A stretch of DNA of 64,000 nucleotides from NCBI GenBank assembly GCA_963677925.2, contig CAXXYH010000004.1, positions 160,001 to 224,000 on the forward strand. The letters run 5' to 3'. The stretch's first letter is position 1. Every line of letters begins with the position of its first letter. The notes beneath the pieces were generated by a model. It was not told the origin of the DNA and did not search any database. It saw only the letters and a list, made by a program, of their open reading frames with translations. This DNA comes from Spirochaetia bacterium. Its GTDB lineage: Bacteria; Spirochaetota; Spirochaetia; UBA9216. Position numbers and translations under genes: made by a program. This document shows, one piece after another, positions 37,035 to 46,272 of the stretch.

Positions 37035-37675
37035 AACTCTTCCAGCGGCTTATCCCTGAACAGAATATACTGAAGAAGATACATATACGGATCAAGAACC
37101 AGACCGAATTGGATAAAATATTCTGCGGTTTTCATTGTCCAGTTTTCAGTATAGCTGATTTTTAAAACGCCATGCAGATCTGCAGTAGAAAGTTCTTCAC
37201 CATACCAGAATCTCTCTTTACAGTTACTTAAAATTAGACTGAAGACATTATAATCAGGAATGAAAAACTCTCTTGGAAGACTGTTCAAGTTTCTGCCTCT
37301 TTTAATTTGTACTTCATCACCAATCGAGTATGAGATATTCACCGGATATGACACAATACATCCCCAGCTTCCGTTGAACTCAACAGAAGTTATTTCCAGT
37401 TCAGGATCAATTTCGCCTATCTTGACCATTTTAAAAACATTCTCAATATTATCAAAATGTGTGAATCCATATTCAATATAGGAATACTCATGATATAAAT
37501 CGTCAGCCTGATCGGGATATTGTTCGCAGAGATCCCTTAACCTGAGGTATGAAATAAACCAGTTTCTTTCTAAAAATAAGGACCGTTTTAGTTCTATCTC
37601 ATATTCCTCAAGTGCCTGTGCATATAAGTTAATAGACAAAATAATAAAAATTGATAATAACCAGTATTTTTTCAT
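37028..37675 (-). CDS. Exported hypothetical protein
   Basis: AGGGG RBS; signal peptide MKKYWLLSIFIILSINLYA-Q. Confidence 0.7.
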   Translation of the reverse strand: MKKYWLLSIFIILSINLYAQALEEYEIELKRSLFLERNWFISYLRLRDLCEQYPDQADDLYHEYSYIEYGFTHFDNIENVFKMVKIGEIDPELEITSVEFNGSWGCIVSYPVNISYSIGDEVQIKRGRNLNSLPREFFIPDYNVFSLILSNCKERFWYGEELSTADLHGVLKISYTENWTMKTAEYFIQFGLVLDPYMYLLQYILFRDKPLEEFY

Positions 37676-37706
37676 ATTACGCCCCTATTCCATTTGCATG
37701 TCATTA

Positions 37707-37733
37707 TTAGTGGTATTATCGTGTGATTTCTTT
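37707..37733 (-). promoter_or_regulatory. Putative alternative-sigma promoter AAAG-N16-CCACTAA (copy 4)
   Basis: Minus strand AAAG-aaatcacacgataata-CCACTAA, 31 nt before ATG 37675. Confidence 0.7.
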
Positions 37734-37782
37734 GAGATAAGTATACATTTTGTGATATTATCAGAGATAACAAGGTATTTAA

Positions 37783-38607
37783 ATGTTCCGAAAAATTAAA
37801 CTTATTGTACTGCTTTTTTTTATACCCTTTATCACATTTCCGGCAGGTGTGGATTATCCATATGAAATAAATATCGAAGGAAAACTGCAGCACTGGACAT
37901 GGGCTAATACACAGAACAAACTGGCCCTGGTTATTCAAAATGCAGATCAACAGGTACTTCGTATTATAGAGGCAGAAACAATGCATCTGAGTGCAGCTGT
38001 ACAGATTCCTGAGCATTTATCTATACGAAACATGGAATGGGCTGCAGATGATTCAGGAATAATCTTTCTTTCCGACCGCTCTATTGAAAATATTGAAGGC
38101 TTAACTTTCTTCGACTTTAAAACCATATCATTTAAAAATAATTATGATTTCAATTACATAGAATTCAGTTCTACTGAACAACGCTGGTCTCTCTACTACG
38201 ACCCGCAGAGCCGATGCTGGGCAACCCTTTCAACCGGAGAAGGTCATCCGGATATTACAGTAAGCCGTAACGGTACAGAAATCATGAAAACAAATATCTA
38301 CCCCGGGTATATATCGATTATCGGATGGCAATCCGGCAGACTCTTTCTTGAAACCTCACTTCCTTTAAAATTAATAACAGCACGAAATGATATTTATTAT
38401 CTGGAAAACGAACTAAGGGATTCTAACGAAGACATTTCAAATCTGGGAGATTTCATTTACTCATTTGATTTTGGAGCGGGAATTCTAAATAGAGTAGATT
38501 ACGTATTTTTACCTGATTTCAGAAATACATCTAAAATTGAAAGCCAGTTTTACTTTCAGTATGAATTCATTGAATCCGAATATAAGACAATTATTCGGAT
38601 GTGGTAA
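37783..38607 (+). CDS. Exported hypothetical protein, possibly beta-propeller-like
   Basis: N-terminal hydrophobic leader; 'WAADDSGIIFLS' resembles a TolB/PD40 blade. Confidence 0.55.
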   Translation: MFRKIKLIVLLFFIPFITFPAGVDYPYEINIEGKLQHWTWANTQNKLALVIQNADQQVLRIIEAETMHLSAAVQIPEHLSIRNMEWAADDSGIIFLSDRSIENIEGLTFFDFKTISFKNNYDFNYIEFSSTEQRWSLYYDPQSRCWATLSTGEGHPDITVSRNGTEIMKTNIYPGYISIIGWQSGRLFLETSLPLKLITARNDIYYLENELRDSNEDISNLGDFIYSFDFGAGILNRVDYVFLPDFRNTSKIESQFYFQYEFIESEYKTIIRMW

Positions 38608-38637
38608 ATTCAATTCCAATTTGAATTTACCTGATGT

Positions 38638-39063
38638 TTAATCATTAATAACTTCAAAAAATTTAATTACGACTCCGCCGTTTCCGGGATGCCCTTCTCC
38701 TCTAAATTTATTACAGTGCAGATAAGGGGCCAGGGCTTTGCTGTCGGTATAGAAGGTTGGAATCGTCTTAAAAGGTTTTGGAGCATCAACATTAAAAAAG
38801 GCATTATTCTCGATATAGATTTTACAGGCAGCTCCGGTATTGTCTGTGCCTTCAGCCATATAACGGGCGGACATATGCTTAACACCGTTAACATCGACAA
38901 TCTGAGTATCAACTCCCCCGGGAAGCAGAACTCCGCTGAATATATCGCTCTTAACAGTACCGCTGAAAGGAATCATTATAACCGACCCTGCGGGGCCGTC
39001 AAGCTGACTTTTTTCTTCAGGTTTAATTTCAACAAAAACTTCCATCATAAGCTTATCAGCCAT
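38638..39063 (-). CDS. DUF3237 family protein
   Basis: MIPFSG.V....FSG..LPGGVDTQ...MSARY...G.D.....IYIEN. Confidence 0.8.
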   Translation of the reverse strand: MADKLMMEVFVEIKPEEKSQLDGPAGSVIMIPFSGTVKSDIFSGVLLPGGVDTQIVDVNGVKHMSARYMAEGTDNTGAACKIYIENNAFFNVDAPKPFKTIPTFYTDSKALAPYLHCNKFRGEGHPGNGGVVIKFFEVIND

Positions 39064-39126
39064 ATCTATTACTCCATTCTTCAGCTGTAATTTAGAGACA
39101 GAGTTTAACTGTTAATCTTCATTACT

Positions 39127-39993
39127 TCAATAGCGAACAGGGTTAACCCTCACATCCCTGATATTGAAGCGGGCGTAGGAATATTCCGAACCATCCCTAA
39201 GCCATACTGCCTCTCCGTACGATGCTATATTTAAGCCGTTGTTTTCTCTGTACTCAATTAGAGGGGTAGCCCATCGCAGAAGTTCGTATGTACCATCCTC
39301 ATTAAGATAGTATCGATCTTCGGATATAAAATTAACAAGCTGGCCTGACTCATTAAAATAGAGAACAGCAGTTACACTTATCCCTCCATTTGTAAATGTT
39401 CCCTCTGCAGTAAGGTTATCAATCTCATGCCAGCTTATTCTTGAATCTATAAGCGAAGAAGGAACAAAAACACACATATCATTGAACACAGTGACGGTCT
39501 CTCCCTTGTTCATCTCAGGCCCTCTGGCATCCGCTGCCTTAAAAAGGTCGAGAACCTTAACCACCATAGTAGCCTTAGCTGATTCATAATGATGCAGTCC
39601 GAATATTTTGAGCCCCATAAATTTCAGCTTCATAAAAAATAATCTTGCCGGGTTTTCGATAAAGCTGATCTGCTCAACCTGAACAGGGGCCCAGTCCCTA
39701 TCAGGACTCATCTTAAAATCTCCGTCTATCTCCGCTGTAAAAAACTTCACCTTCTCTGTTCCGACTGCTCCTGTATACTCAAGATATCTTCTTACAGGTT
39801 CAGGCAGTGGAGCAAGATCCTCAGATGTAATCAGTTCGGATTCAGAGGCAGGCAAAGATTCTGTAAGACGTTTCTCCTGATTCTTAAAGTTCCTGTAAGT
39901 CGATTTCAAAGTCATTACCACAACCAAACCTGCAAGCAGCAGAATAAGAATAGAGGCAATAATTAGCGTTACTATTATATTTTCCTTTGTCAT
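39127..39993 (-). CDS. DUF6544/DUF6920-like membrane-anchored protein
   Basis: DLAPLPEPVRRYL..TG.VG, ARGPEMNKGETVT.FND.C, FNESGQL.NF.S.DRY, W.TP; start MTKEN after GGAG. Confidence 0.75.
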   Translation of the reverse strand: MTKENIIVTLIIASILILLLAGLVVVMTLKSTYRNFKNQEKRLTESLPASESELITSEDLAPLPEPVRRYLEYTGAVGTEKVKFFTAEIDGDFKMSPDRDWAPVQVEQISFIENPARLFFMKLKFMGLKIFGLHHYESAKATMVVKVLDLFKAADARGPEMNKGETVTVFNDMCVFVPSSLIDSRISWHEIDNLTAEGTFTNGGISVTAVLYFNESGQLVNFISEDRYYLNEDGTYELLRWATPLIEYRENNGLNIASYGEAVWLRDGSEYSYARFNIRDVRVNPVRY

Positions 39994-40076
39994 AAAATCT
40001 CCGATATTAATAACAAACACATTAAAGCACATAAAATGTTACCGCTTTATTAAAATTTTAAAGTAAGGCCAGTCAT

Positions 40077-41672
40077 ATGAAAAAATTAATAATTCCAATG
40101 TTCTTCGCGTTAAGCTTATCAATTTGGTCCTGCCGCAGCATTCCTGAAAAAGTATATATTCCAGACACAGACATCTCCGGACAACTGTCAGAGAAAGAAT
40201 CTGAAACCTCTGAAAAAATGAACTTCTGGAACAGCCCGAAAAAAGGAGCCAATTATTTACCGTCGAACTATAATTCTGAATATTTCAAGGCTGCTGCAGA
40301 TGCAGGAATTCAATACATTAGGTTGGGACCAAATCTTCTTCCGGCAGATGACAAAGATTTCCTTATTGGTGATCTTGATAACTATCAGGCAATAAATAAG
40401 ACGGATCTTGAAGTCCTTCTTGATATTCTTGATGATGCTGAAAAAAGCGGTATTGCTGTGATCCTCACTATGTTTGAACTTCCCGGTCACAAATACGGAA
40501 ATCCCAACGAAGAGGAAACAGACTGCCGCCTCTGGAATGATCAGGAATACTGGGTGCAGTCATTTGAATTCTGGAAGGATCTGGCCGCTGCAGTTAAAGA
40601 CCATCCGGCGGTTGCAGCCTACAATCCTGTCAATGAGCCGGTTGCCGCATATGCGTTCGGCTTTGACGAACCTGATTCTTCATTCAGGCGATGGCTGAAA
40701 GCTTCTGAAGGAACAACCGCTGATCTGAACCTCTTCAACAAGATGATTGTTAAAGCCATACGCGAAGCAGACTCCAATACTCCGATACTACTCGACGGGT
40801 ATTTATGGGCTGATCCCAAAGGAATGCCGTATACCGTGCCGGTGGATGATCCGTACATCCTGTATTCATTTCACAACCCGGCGCCGTGGAACTTTTCATC
40901 ACTAAGCGGAAATATGGGGCGTTATAGCTATCCTGATGCGATGCCGGCATACTGGAACGGGCCGCAGGAAACCTGGGATATTAACCGGCTGGCAGAACTT
41001 CTCAAACCGGTTGAAAAATTTGCAGAAGAAAACGGTATCCCGTCAAACCGTATTATCGCTGCCGAGTTCTGGTGCAATCGGAGAATCGCCGGATGCGCCG
41101 AGTACCTCAATGATTTAATTCACCTATACAACCGCCATGAATGGCACTGGAGCTTCTGGTCGTACCGCTGCGGCGGAACATTTACGGCTTATGAATATGA
41201 ACTTGGAGATGCACCCGATTCCGGAGAGTTTATTGTAAAGACAAGAAAAGGAGCTCAAAAACCTGAAGATCTATATATTTATACCGACAACAGAAGCTGG
41301 AGGGTACTCAGCGCGGCTCTGAATAATACTGAGCCTGTTTTTTCAGATCTTGTGCCGCAGCCGTCCTCTGCATCTGAACTTGCAGGACTTATTTCAAATC
41401 TCAGAGATGAGGAGTGGATTGTCCGGGACAGGTCGGCTTTACTCCTGGCTGAATCCGGTCCATATGCAGCAGAAGCCGTACCGGAGCTTATCAGGCTGCT
41501 TGATGATGAAGAATGGATAGTAAGGCGATCAGCTGTTTATGCCCTGTCAAAAATCGCAGCTTTCGATGATGAGCAAGTCTGGAATGAAGTAGAAAAACTG
41601 AGAAATGATGAGGAAGACGCAGTGAGGGTACAGGCAGCCCTTGCTCTTGGCCTGCGAAAGGCCGGTTTATGA
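40077..41672 (+). CDS. GH5 (cellulase family) glycoside hydrolase lipoprotein with C-terminal HEAT repeats
   Basis: Lipobox IWSC; acid/base NEP (YNPVNEP), YSFH, nucleophile AEF, WHWSFW; C-terminal L.DEEWIVR..A repeats. Confidence 0.8.
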   Translation: MKKLIIPMFFALSLSIWSCRSIPEKVYIPDTDISGQLSEKESETSEKMNFWNSPKKGANYLPSNYNSEYFKAAADAGIQYIRLGPNLLPADDKDFLIGDLDNYQAINKTDLEVLLDILDDAEKSGIAVILTMFELPGHKYGNPNEEETDCRLWNDQEYWVQSFEFWKDLAAAVKDHPAVAAYNPVNEPVAAYAFGFDEPDSSFRRWLKASEGTTADLNLFNKMIVKAIREADSNTPILLDGYLWADPKGMPYTVPVDDPYILYSFHNPAPWNFSSLSGNMGRYSYPDAMPAYWNGPQETWDINRLAELLKPVEKFAEENGIPSNRIIAAEFWCNRRIAGCAEYLNDLIHLYNRHEWHWSFWSYRCGGTFTAYEYELGDAPDSGEFIVKTRKGAQKPEDLYIYTDNRSWRVLSAALNNTEPVFSDLVPQPSSASELAGLISNLRDEEWIVRDRSALLLAESGPYAAEAVPELIRLLDDEEWIVRRSAVYALSKIAAFDDEQVWNEVEKLRNDEEDAVRVQAALALGLRKAGL

Positions 41673-42995
41673 CAACCGCCCCGAGCCGAAAACATCCCTG
41701 CACCAGAAGCCGCTGTCCTTGACTGTCCGTTTCTGCGTGTCCATATCTACATGCACTACACCGTACTTAAGACTGTAGCCGGAGCTCCACTCAAAATTAT
41801 CAAGAAGCGACCAGACAAAAAAACCTTTAAGCGGAACACCGTCCTGCAGTGCTTTCTGCGCGATGCTGAAATGATCGCGAAGAAAATTCACCCGGCTTTC
41901 ATCATGGACCCGCCCGTCAGCCGGAGCAGGATCATCAAAGGCCGCTCCGTTCTCGGTAATATAAACAGCCTTGGGACTGTAATCGGACTGAATACTCATA
42001 AGTGTATCGTAGAGCCCCTGGGGATATATCTCACGATCAGCACTATGCTCAACTTTCTGCATCGGAACACTTTCTGTTTCCAGCAGCCCGCTCCCCGGAC
42101 TTTGTTTAATCATAAGAGCGTTGTAGTAATTAATACCGATAAAATCCAGGGGTACAGCAATAGCCTTGATATCCTCATCGCTGACAGCCGGCATTGAGTT
42201 TCCATAAAACTCAAGCATATCATTCGGATAGCCCTTTCCGAAAACCGGATCAAAAAACCAGCGGTTAAAGTAGCCGTCAAACCGTGCTGCCGCAGCATTA
42301 TCCTCATCAGAATCAGAGGCCGGATAAACCGGAAGGTAGTTCGGCCCTATCCCGTATTCAAGCTTATCAACATTGCTTCGAATCGGAACCGCAGCAAGGC
42401 CGTGTGACAGCAGAAGGTTGTGCGAGGCGGTCAGTGTATCTTTCAAATCTCCGTATCCGGGGGCAAACTCACCATGAAGCATTCCAAGAAAGCTCACGCA
42501 CCAGGGCTCATTGTGGCTTATCCATTTTTTTACACGGTCTCCCAGTTTTCGGCTGACAGCATCAGCATATTCAGTGAAGCGGAAGGCAGTGTCCCTGTTA
42601 ACCCAGCCCCCTTTATCCTGCAGGCTCTGAGGGAGATCCCAGTGATAGAGTTTTGCAAATGGCTCAATCCCGGACTCAAGAAGTTCGTCCACAAGGCGGC
42701 TGTAAAAATCAATGCCTTCAGGGTTGAAAACTCCGCCCTTCATAACCCTGGGCCATGCAATTGAAAAAAGGTAGGCCTCGGCATTCAGGGTCTTCATCAG
42801 TTTTACATCTTCTTTGTAAAGATGGTAATGATTACAGGCTGCTGCGCCTGATGAGCCGTCTTTTATCTTTCCCGGCATTTCACAGAAGGTATCCCAGATT
42901 GAGGGCTCCCGTCCGCCTTCACTTACAGCCCCTTCTATCTGATATGATGAAGTTCCGAATCCGAAAATAAAATCTTCTGGAAAATCAGTATTCAT
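41667..42995 (-). CDS. GH1 beta-glucosidase
   Basis: SSYQIEGA, LYHWDLP, HNEP (acid/base), YITENG (nucleophile), WSLLDNFEW. Confidence 0.95.
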   Translation of the reverse strand: MNTDFPEDFIFGFGTSSYQIEGAVSEGGREPSIWDTFCEMPGKIKDGSSGAAACNHYHLYKEDVKLMKTLNAEAYLFSIAWPRVMKGGVFNPEGIDFYSRLVDELLESGIEPFAKLYHWDLPQSLQDKGGWVNRDTAFRFTEYADAVSRKLGDRVKKWISHNEPWCVSFLGMLHGEFAPGYGDLKDTLTASHNLLLSHGLAAVPIRSNVDKLEYGIGPNYLPVYPASDSDEDNAAAARFDGYFNRWFFDPVFGKGYPNDMLEFYGNSMPAVSDEDIKAIAVPLDFIGINYYNALMIKQSPGSGLLETESVPMQKVEHSADREIYPQGLYDTLMSIQSDYSPKAVYITENGAAFDDPAPADGRVHDESRVNFLRDHFSIAQKALQDGVPLKGFFVWSLLDNFEWSSGYSLKYGVVHVDMDTQKRTVKDSGFWCRDVFGSGRLS

Positions 42996-43012
42996 ATTCG
43001 TTCCTGGATGAA

Positions 43013-43861
43013 TCAGCCCTTAACACTTCCAAGTGTCACACCCTTGATGATGTGCTTTGACAAAAGCAGGTAGACAATCATAAGCGGAACTATCGCAACA
43101 AAGATAAGCATATAAACCTTGCCCAGATCAAACTTCATATAGTCGGCACTCCGCAGCTGGGCGATGAGGATGGGAACGGTCTTTTTTGCTTTTGAGTTTA
43201 TTATCAGCGCAGGCATAAAATAGTTGTTCCATGAGGTGACAAAGGAAAAAATAGCCTGGACCGCCATTGCCGGTTTCATGATGGGCAGAACAATTGTGTT
43301 GAATGTTCTTATCTCGTTTGATCCGTCCACCCTTGCAGCTTCAACAATCTCGAAGGGAAGAGAGGCTTCCATGTACTGAAGCATAAAAAAGAAAACTATA
43401 GGAGAGGCTATGGAAGGAACTATAAGCGGAATAAAACTGTCCATCAGACCCATTTTCATAACCAGCTGAATGAAGCCTGCGGCGGAAACCTGGGGAGGAA
43501 CCATCATCACAAGCATAATAAATCTGAATGCAAACTCGCGCCCCTTAAACCGGTACATGTGAATAGCATAAGCTGTCATTGCCGAGAAATAGGCGGTAAA
43601 CAGTGCTGTTACCGTGGATATAAAAACCGAGTTTCCTAGTGCCTGCACTATCGGAATGTTCTCATCGGTAAAGAGACTATTCCAGTTCAGAAAAAATGCG
43701 TTCCCCGGAAGAATCGAAAAGCCTTTTATTATCTGGCCGTGAAGCCTGGTTGAATTGATAATCAGAATAATAAACGGGAAAAGAGATATCGCAGCCAGAA
43801 GAATCAGAGCGGCATAACATATTCCGCGCTGCAGCTTTATGGTGTTTCGTTCAATTCTCAT
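43013..43861 (-). CDS. Carbohydrate ABC transporter permease (MalG-like)
   Basis: EAARVDG EAA loop, WNNYFMP. Confidence 0.93.
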   Translation of the reverse strand: MRIERNTIKLQRGICYAALILLAAISLFPFIILIINSTRLHGQIIKGFSILPGNAFFLNWNSLFTDENIPIVQALGNSVFISTVTALFTAYFSAMTAYAIHMYRFKGREFAFRFIMLVMMVPPQVSAAGFIQLVMKMGLMDSFIPLIVPSIASPIVFFFMLQYMEASLPFEIVEAARVDGSNEIRTFNTIVLPIMKPAMAVQAIFSFVTSWNNYFMPALIINSKAKKTVPILIAQLRSADYMKFDLGKVYMLIFVAIVPLMIVYLLLSKHIIKGVTLGSVKG

Positions 43862-44814
43862 TTCAGCTTTCCTCTCTTTCCGTTTCCGTAATAGCTTTTC
43901 ATGGTGATGTTGTAAACGACAAAACTGAGTACCGCAGTTACGATAAAAATCAGTGTGGATACTGCGCCTCCCAGTCCGAAGTTCCTGCTGAAGAGGTGCT
44001 TATTCAGATACATAATCAGAGTCATTGTAGTACGGTTAGGAAGTCCGTCTCCTTTGGTTAAAACCTGCGGAACGTCGAACATCTGGATACCGCCGATTAG
44101 ACTTGTAATCATCACATAGGCAAGTATGGGTAGAAGCAGAGGCATAATTATCCGGAAAAAAATCTGCAGCGAATTCGCACCGTCCATCCTGGCGGCTTCA
44201 AAGAGGCTTTCATCTATACCCATTATGCCGGCCATCAGAAGTATTGTTGTGTTGCCGTACCACATGAGAAAATTCATAAGAGCAACTAGTCCGCGGGCTG
44301 TCGTTTTAATTGCAAGAAACCTTATCGGTGTTTCAGATATTCCCATGCTCTGAAGAATACTGTTTACCGGTCCTGCATCAGAAAAGAGTGTAAAAAACAG
44401 CATGGAAAATGCCGCTGCCATGATCAGGTTAGGCATGTAGACAACCGTCTTAAAAAACGGCTGGGCCTTAAGTTTCAGCTTGCTGCTGGTAAACCAGACT
44501 GAAAGAACAAGTGAAATTACAATCTGCGGAACAAAACCCATCAGCCACATAACAATTGTATTCCATGCATATTTGGGAACATCGGAATTAAGAAGTATTT
44601 CCGCATAGTTTTTAAGACCTACAAAATTGGGCCCGACCTGAAGAAGTCCGATTCTGTAATTCTCAAAAAGACTGTTATAAAAAGTTGATATCAGCGGTAT
44701 AAGGGTAAATGTAATATAGATCAGAAAAAACGGAGCAAGAAAAATATATCCCCACCGCGAATAGCTGATACTCTTTTTGCCCGGTGCAGCACTGTTACGC
44801 ATAAAGATCCTCAT
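43858..44814 (-). CDS. Carbohydrate ABC transporter permease (MalF-like)
   Basis: FVGLKNY, LFEAARMDGA, QMFD.P. Confidence 0.93.
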   Translation of the reverse strand: MRIFMRNSAAPGKKSISYSRWGYIFLAPFFLIYITFTLIPLISTFYNSLFENYRIGLLQVGPNFVGLKNYAEILLNSDVPKYAWNTIVMWLMGFVPQIVISLVLSVWFTSSKLKLKAQPFFKTVVYMPNLIMAAAFSMLFFTLFSDAGPVNSILQSMGISETPIRFLAIKTTARGLVALMNFLMWYGNTTILLMAGIMGIDESLFEAARMDGANSLQIFFRIIMPLLLPILAYVMITSLIGGIQMFDVPQVLTKGDGLPNRTTMTLIMYLNKHLFSRNFGLGGAVSTLIFIVTAVLSFVVYNITMKSYYGNGKRGKLK

Positions 44815-44862
44815 TGTAGTTTATACACAGGCAGGGCTATCCGCTGCCTGATTTAAAAAAAG

Positions 44863-44894
44863 AAACCCGCTCACAGCTCTGCCTGAGCGGGTTT
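44863..44894 (-). terminator. Stem-loop after the solute-binding protein gene
   Basis: AAACCCGCTCA-CAGCTCTGCC-TGAGCGGGTTT with an A-run on the left (U-run on the minus strand). Confidence 0.65.
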
Positions 44895-44902
44895 GATTTT
44901 CT

Positions 44903-46237
44903 TTATCTGGATAAGTTAGGATACAGTTCGGTAACGGCTGTGTAAAAGTTGTTCCAGGCCTGTTCCTCTGAAATTGTTCCATTGAAGTAATCACTGAAAG
45001 CATTCTGAAGCTTTTCTGTCATTCCCTGATCATAAGGGCTCATATTGCTTCTGTCTATACTTTTTGCTGAGTCGAGAAGAACTGATATGTGGTTCTGTCC
45101 AGCAAGAAATTTGTTGTTATATTCGCTCTTAGCAATATCAGCCATAGCTTCTTCATTGTTGGTGAAATCACCGTATTCCATCGCGATTGATTTAAGGGTT
45201 TCTTCATCGCAGGTGAGTGTGTACATTACATCACGGATAAGGTCCAGATTATCGCTTCCTGCAGCGCCGCAGATCCATGTTCCGCCCCAGCTGAATCCCT
45301 GAGGACCCATACAGAGCGCCCAGTCTCCATAACTTCCGTTTCCGGCTTCCTTGGCACCGTTTGGATCTTCAAGAGTAGCAGGAGCAAGACAGAAGTCCTG
45401 GAACCAGCTTGGACCGAAGTAGCCGAAAACCTTACCTGAAAGTGTAGCTCCCTGGAAACTTTCCGCAGACCAGAGGTTTGCCTTGTTGTTATAGCCGTTC
45501 TCTGAGTAGAGTTTAGTCTGGGCAATCCATCTTTCAATGGAAGGATCAATATTTATCTTGTTGCCGTCGACCCATGCACTTCCCATATTATCAGAGAAAA
45601 CACGGAAGGCATCATCATAACCGCTGAGCATAAAGTATCCCTTGGCCTTTGCATCTGCAGCAACCTTGTCGAATTTATCCCAGCTTGAAAGAGCGGCCTG
45701 TACATCTTCAGGTTTATCAGAGCCGATTACAGCCTTGGCAATAGATCTTCTGTAGATAAAACCGCCCGGGCAGGCCTGCCATGAAACACCCTTAAGAACA
45801 CCATTTTTATCTGTCATGATATCTTTAGTGTATTTATACTGTTTTGAAACATCAGCCTGAGTAAGACCGACTTCATTTATGACATCCAGCGTGTATGGAG
45901 TATCAACATACTTCAGGGCGTAGTCAGCTTCGACAAGAAAGATATCTACTTTTTCATCATCAGCGATATTTTCCTGCTGAAGAAGTGCTTCATCAAGCTT
46001 GTTCTGGTAAGCATTTCCTTCATTAGGAGTAATTACCCAGTTTACTGTTACACCTTCGGGGATTAATCCCTTTTCTTCAAAATATGCCTTGAAACGAGTC
46101 TGAAATTCCTCATTCCAGCAGTAGATGTTGAGAACCTTGCCCTGTTCTTTGGCAGTCTCCTTTTCTGCAGTTCCTCCGGCAAAAAGGCCTGTTACTGTAA
46201 GAAGCAGGCATACCGAAACGATTAGCATTCTTTTCAT
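44903..46237 (-). CDS. Carbohydrate ABC transporter solute-binding protein (probably cellodextrins)
   Basis: Spirochaete-type leader LFAGG; LNIYCWNEEF, FSWGGTW; locus context. Confidence 0.88.
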   Translation of the reverse strand: MKRMLIVSVCLLLTVTGLFAGGTAEKETAKEQGKVLNIYCWNEEFQTRFKAYFEEKGLIPEGVTVNWVITPNEGNAYQNKLDEALLQQENIADDEKVDIFLVEADYALKYVDTPYTLDVINEVGLTQADVSKQYKYTKDIMTDKNGVLKGVSWQACPGGFIYRRSIAKAVIGSDKPEDVQAALSSWDKFDKVAADAKAKGYFMLSGYDDAFRVFSDNMGSAWVDGNKINIDPSIERWIAQTKLYSENGYNNKANLWSAESFQGATLSGKVFGYFGPSWFQDFCLAPATLEDPNGAKEAGNGSYGDWALCMGPQGFSWGGTWICGAAGSDNLDLIRDVMYTLTCDEETLKSIAMEYGDFTNNEEAMADIAKSEYNNKFLAGQNHISVLLDSAKSIDRSNMSPYDQGMTEKLQNAFSDYFNGTISEEQAWNNFYTAVTELYPNLSR

Positions 46238-46272
46238 ACAAATCCTCCAAATTTATTTTTATATGAAACCTT

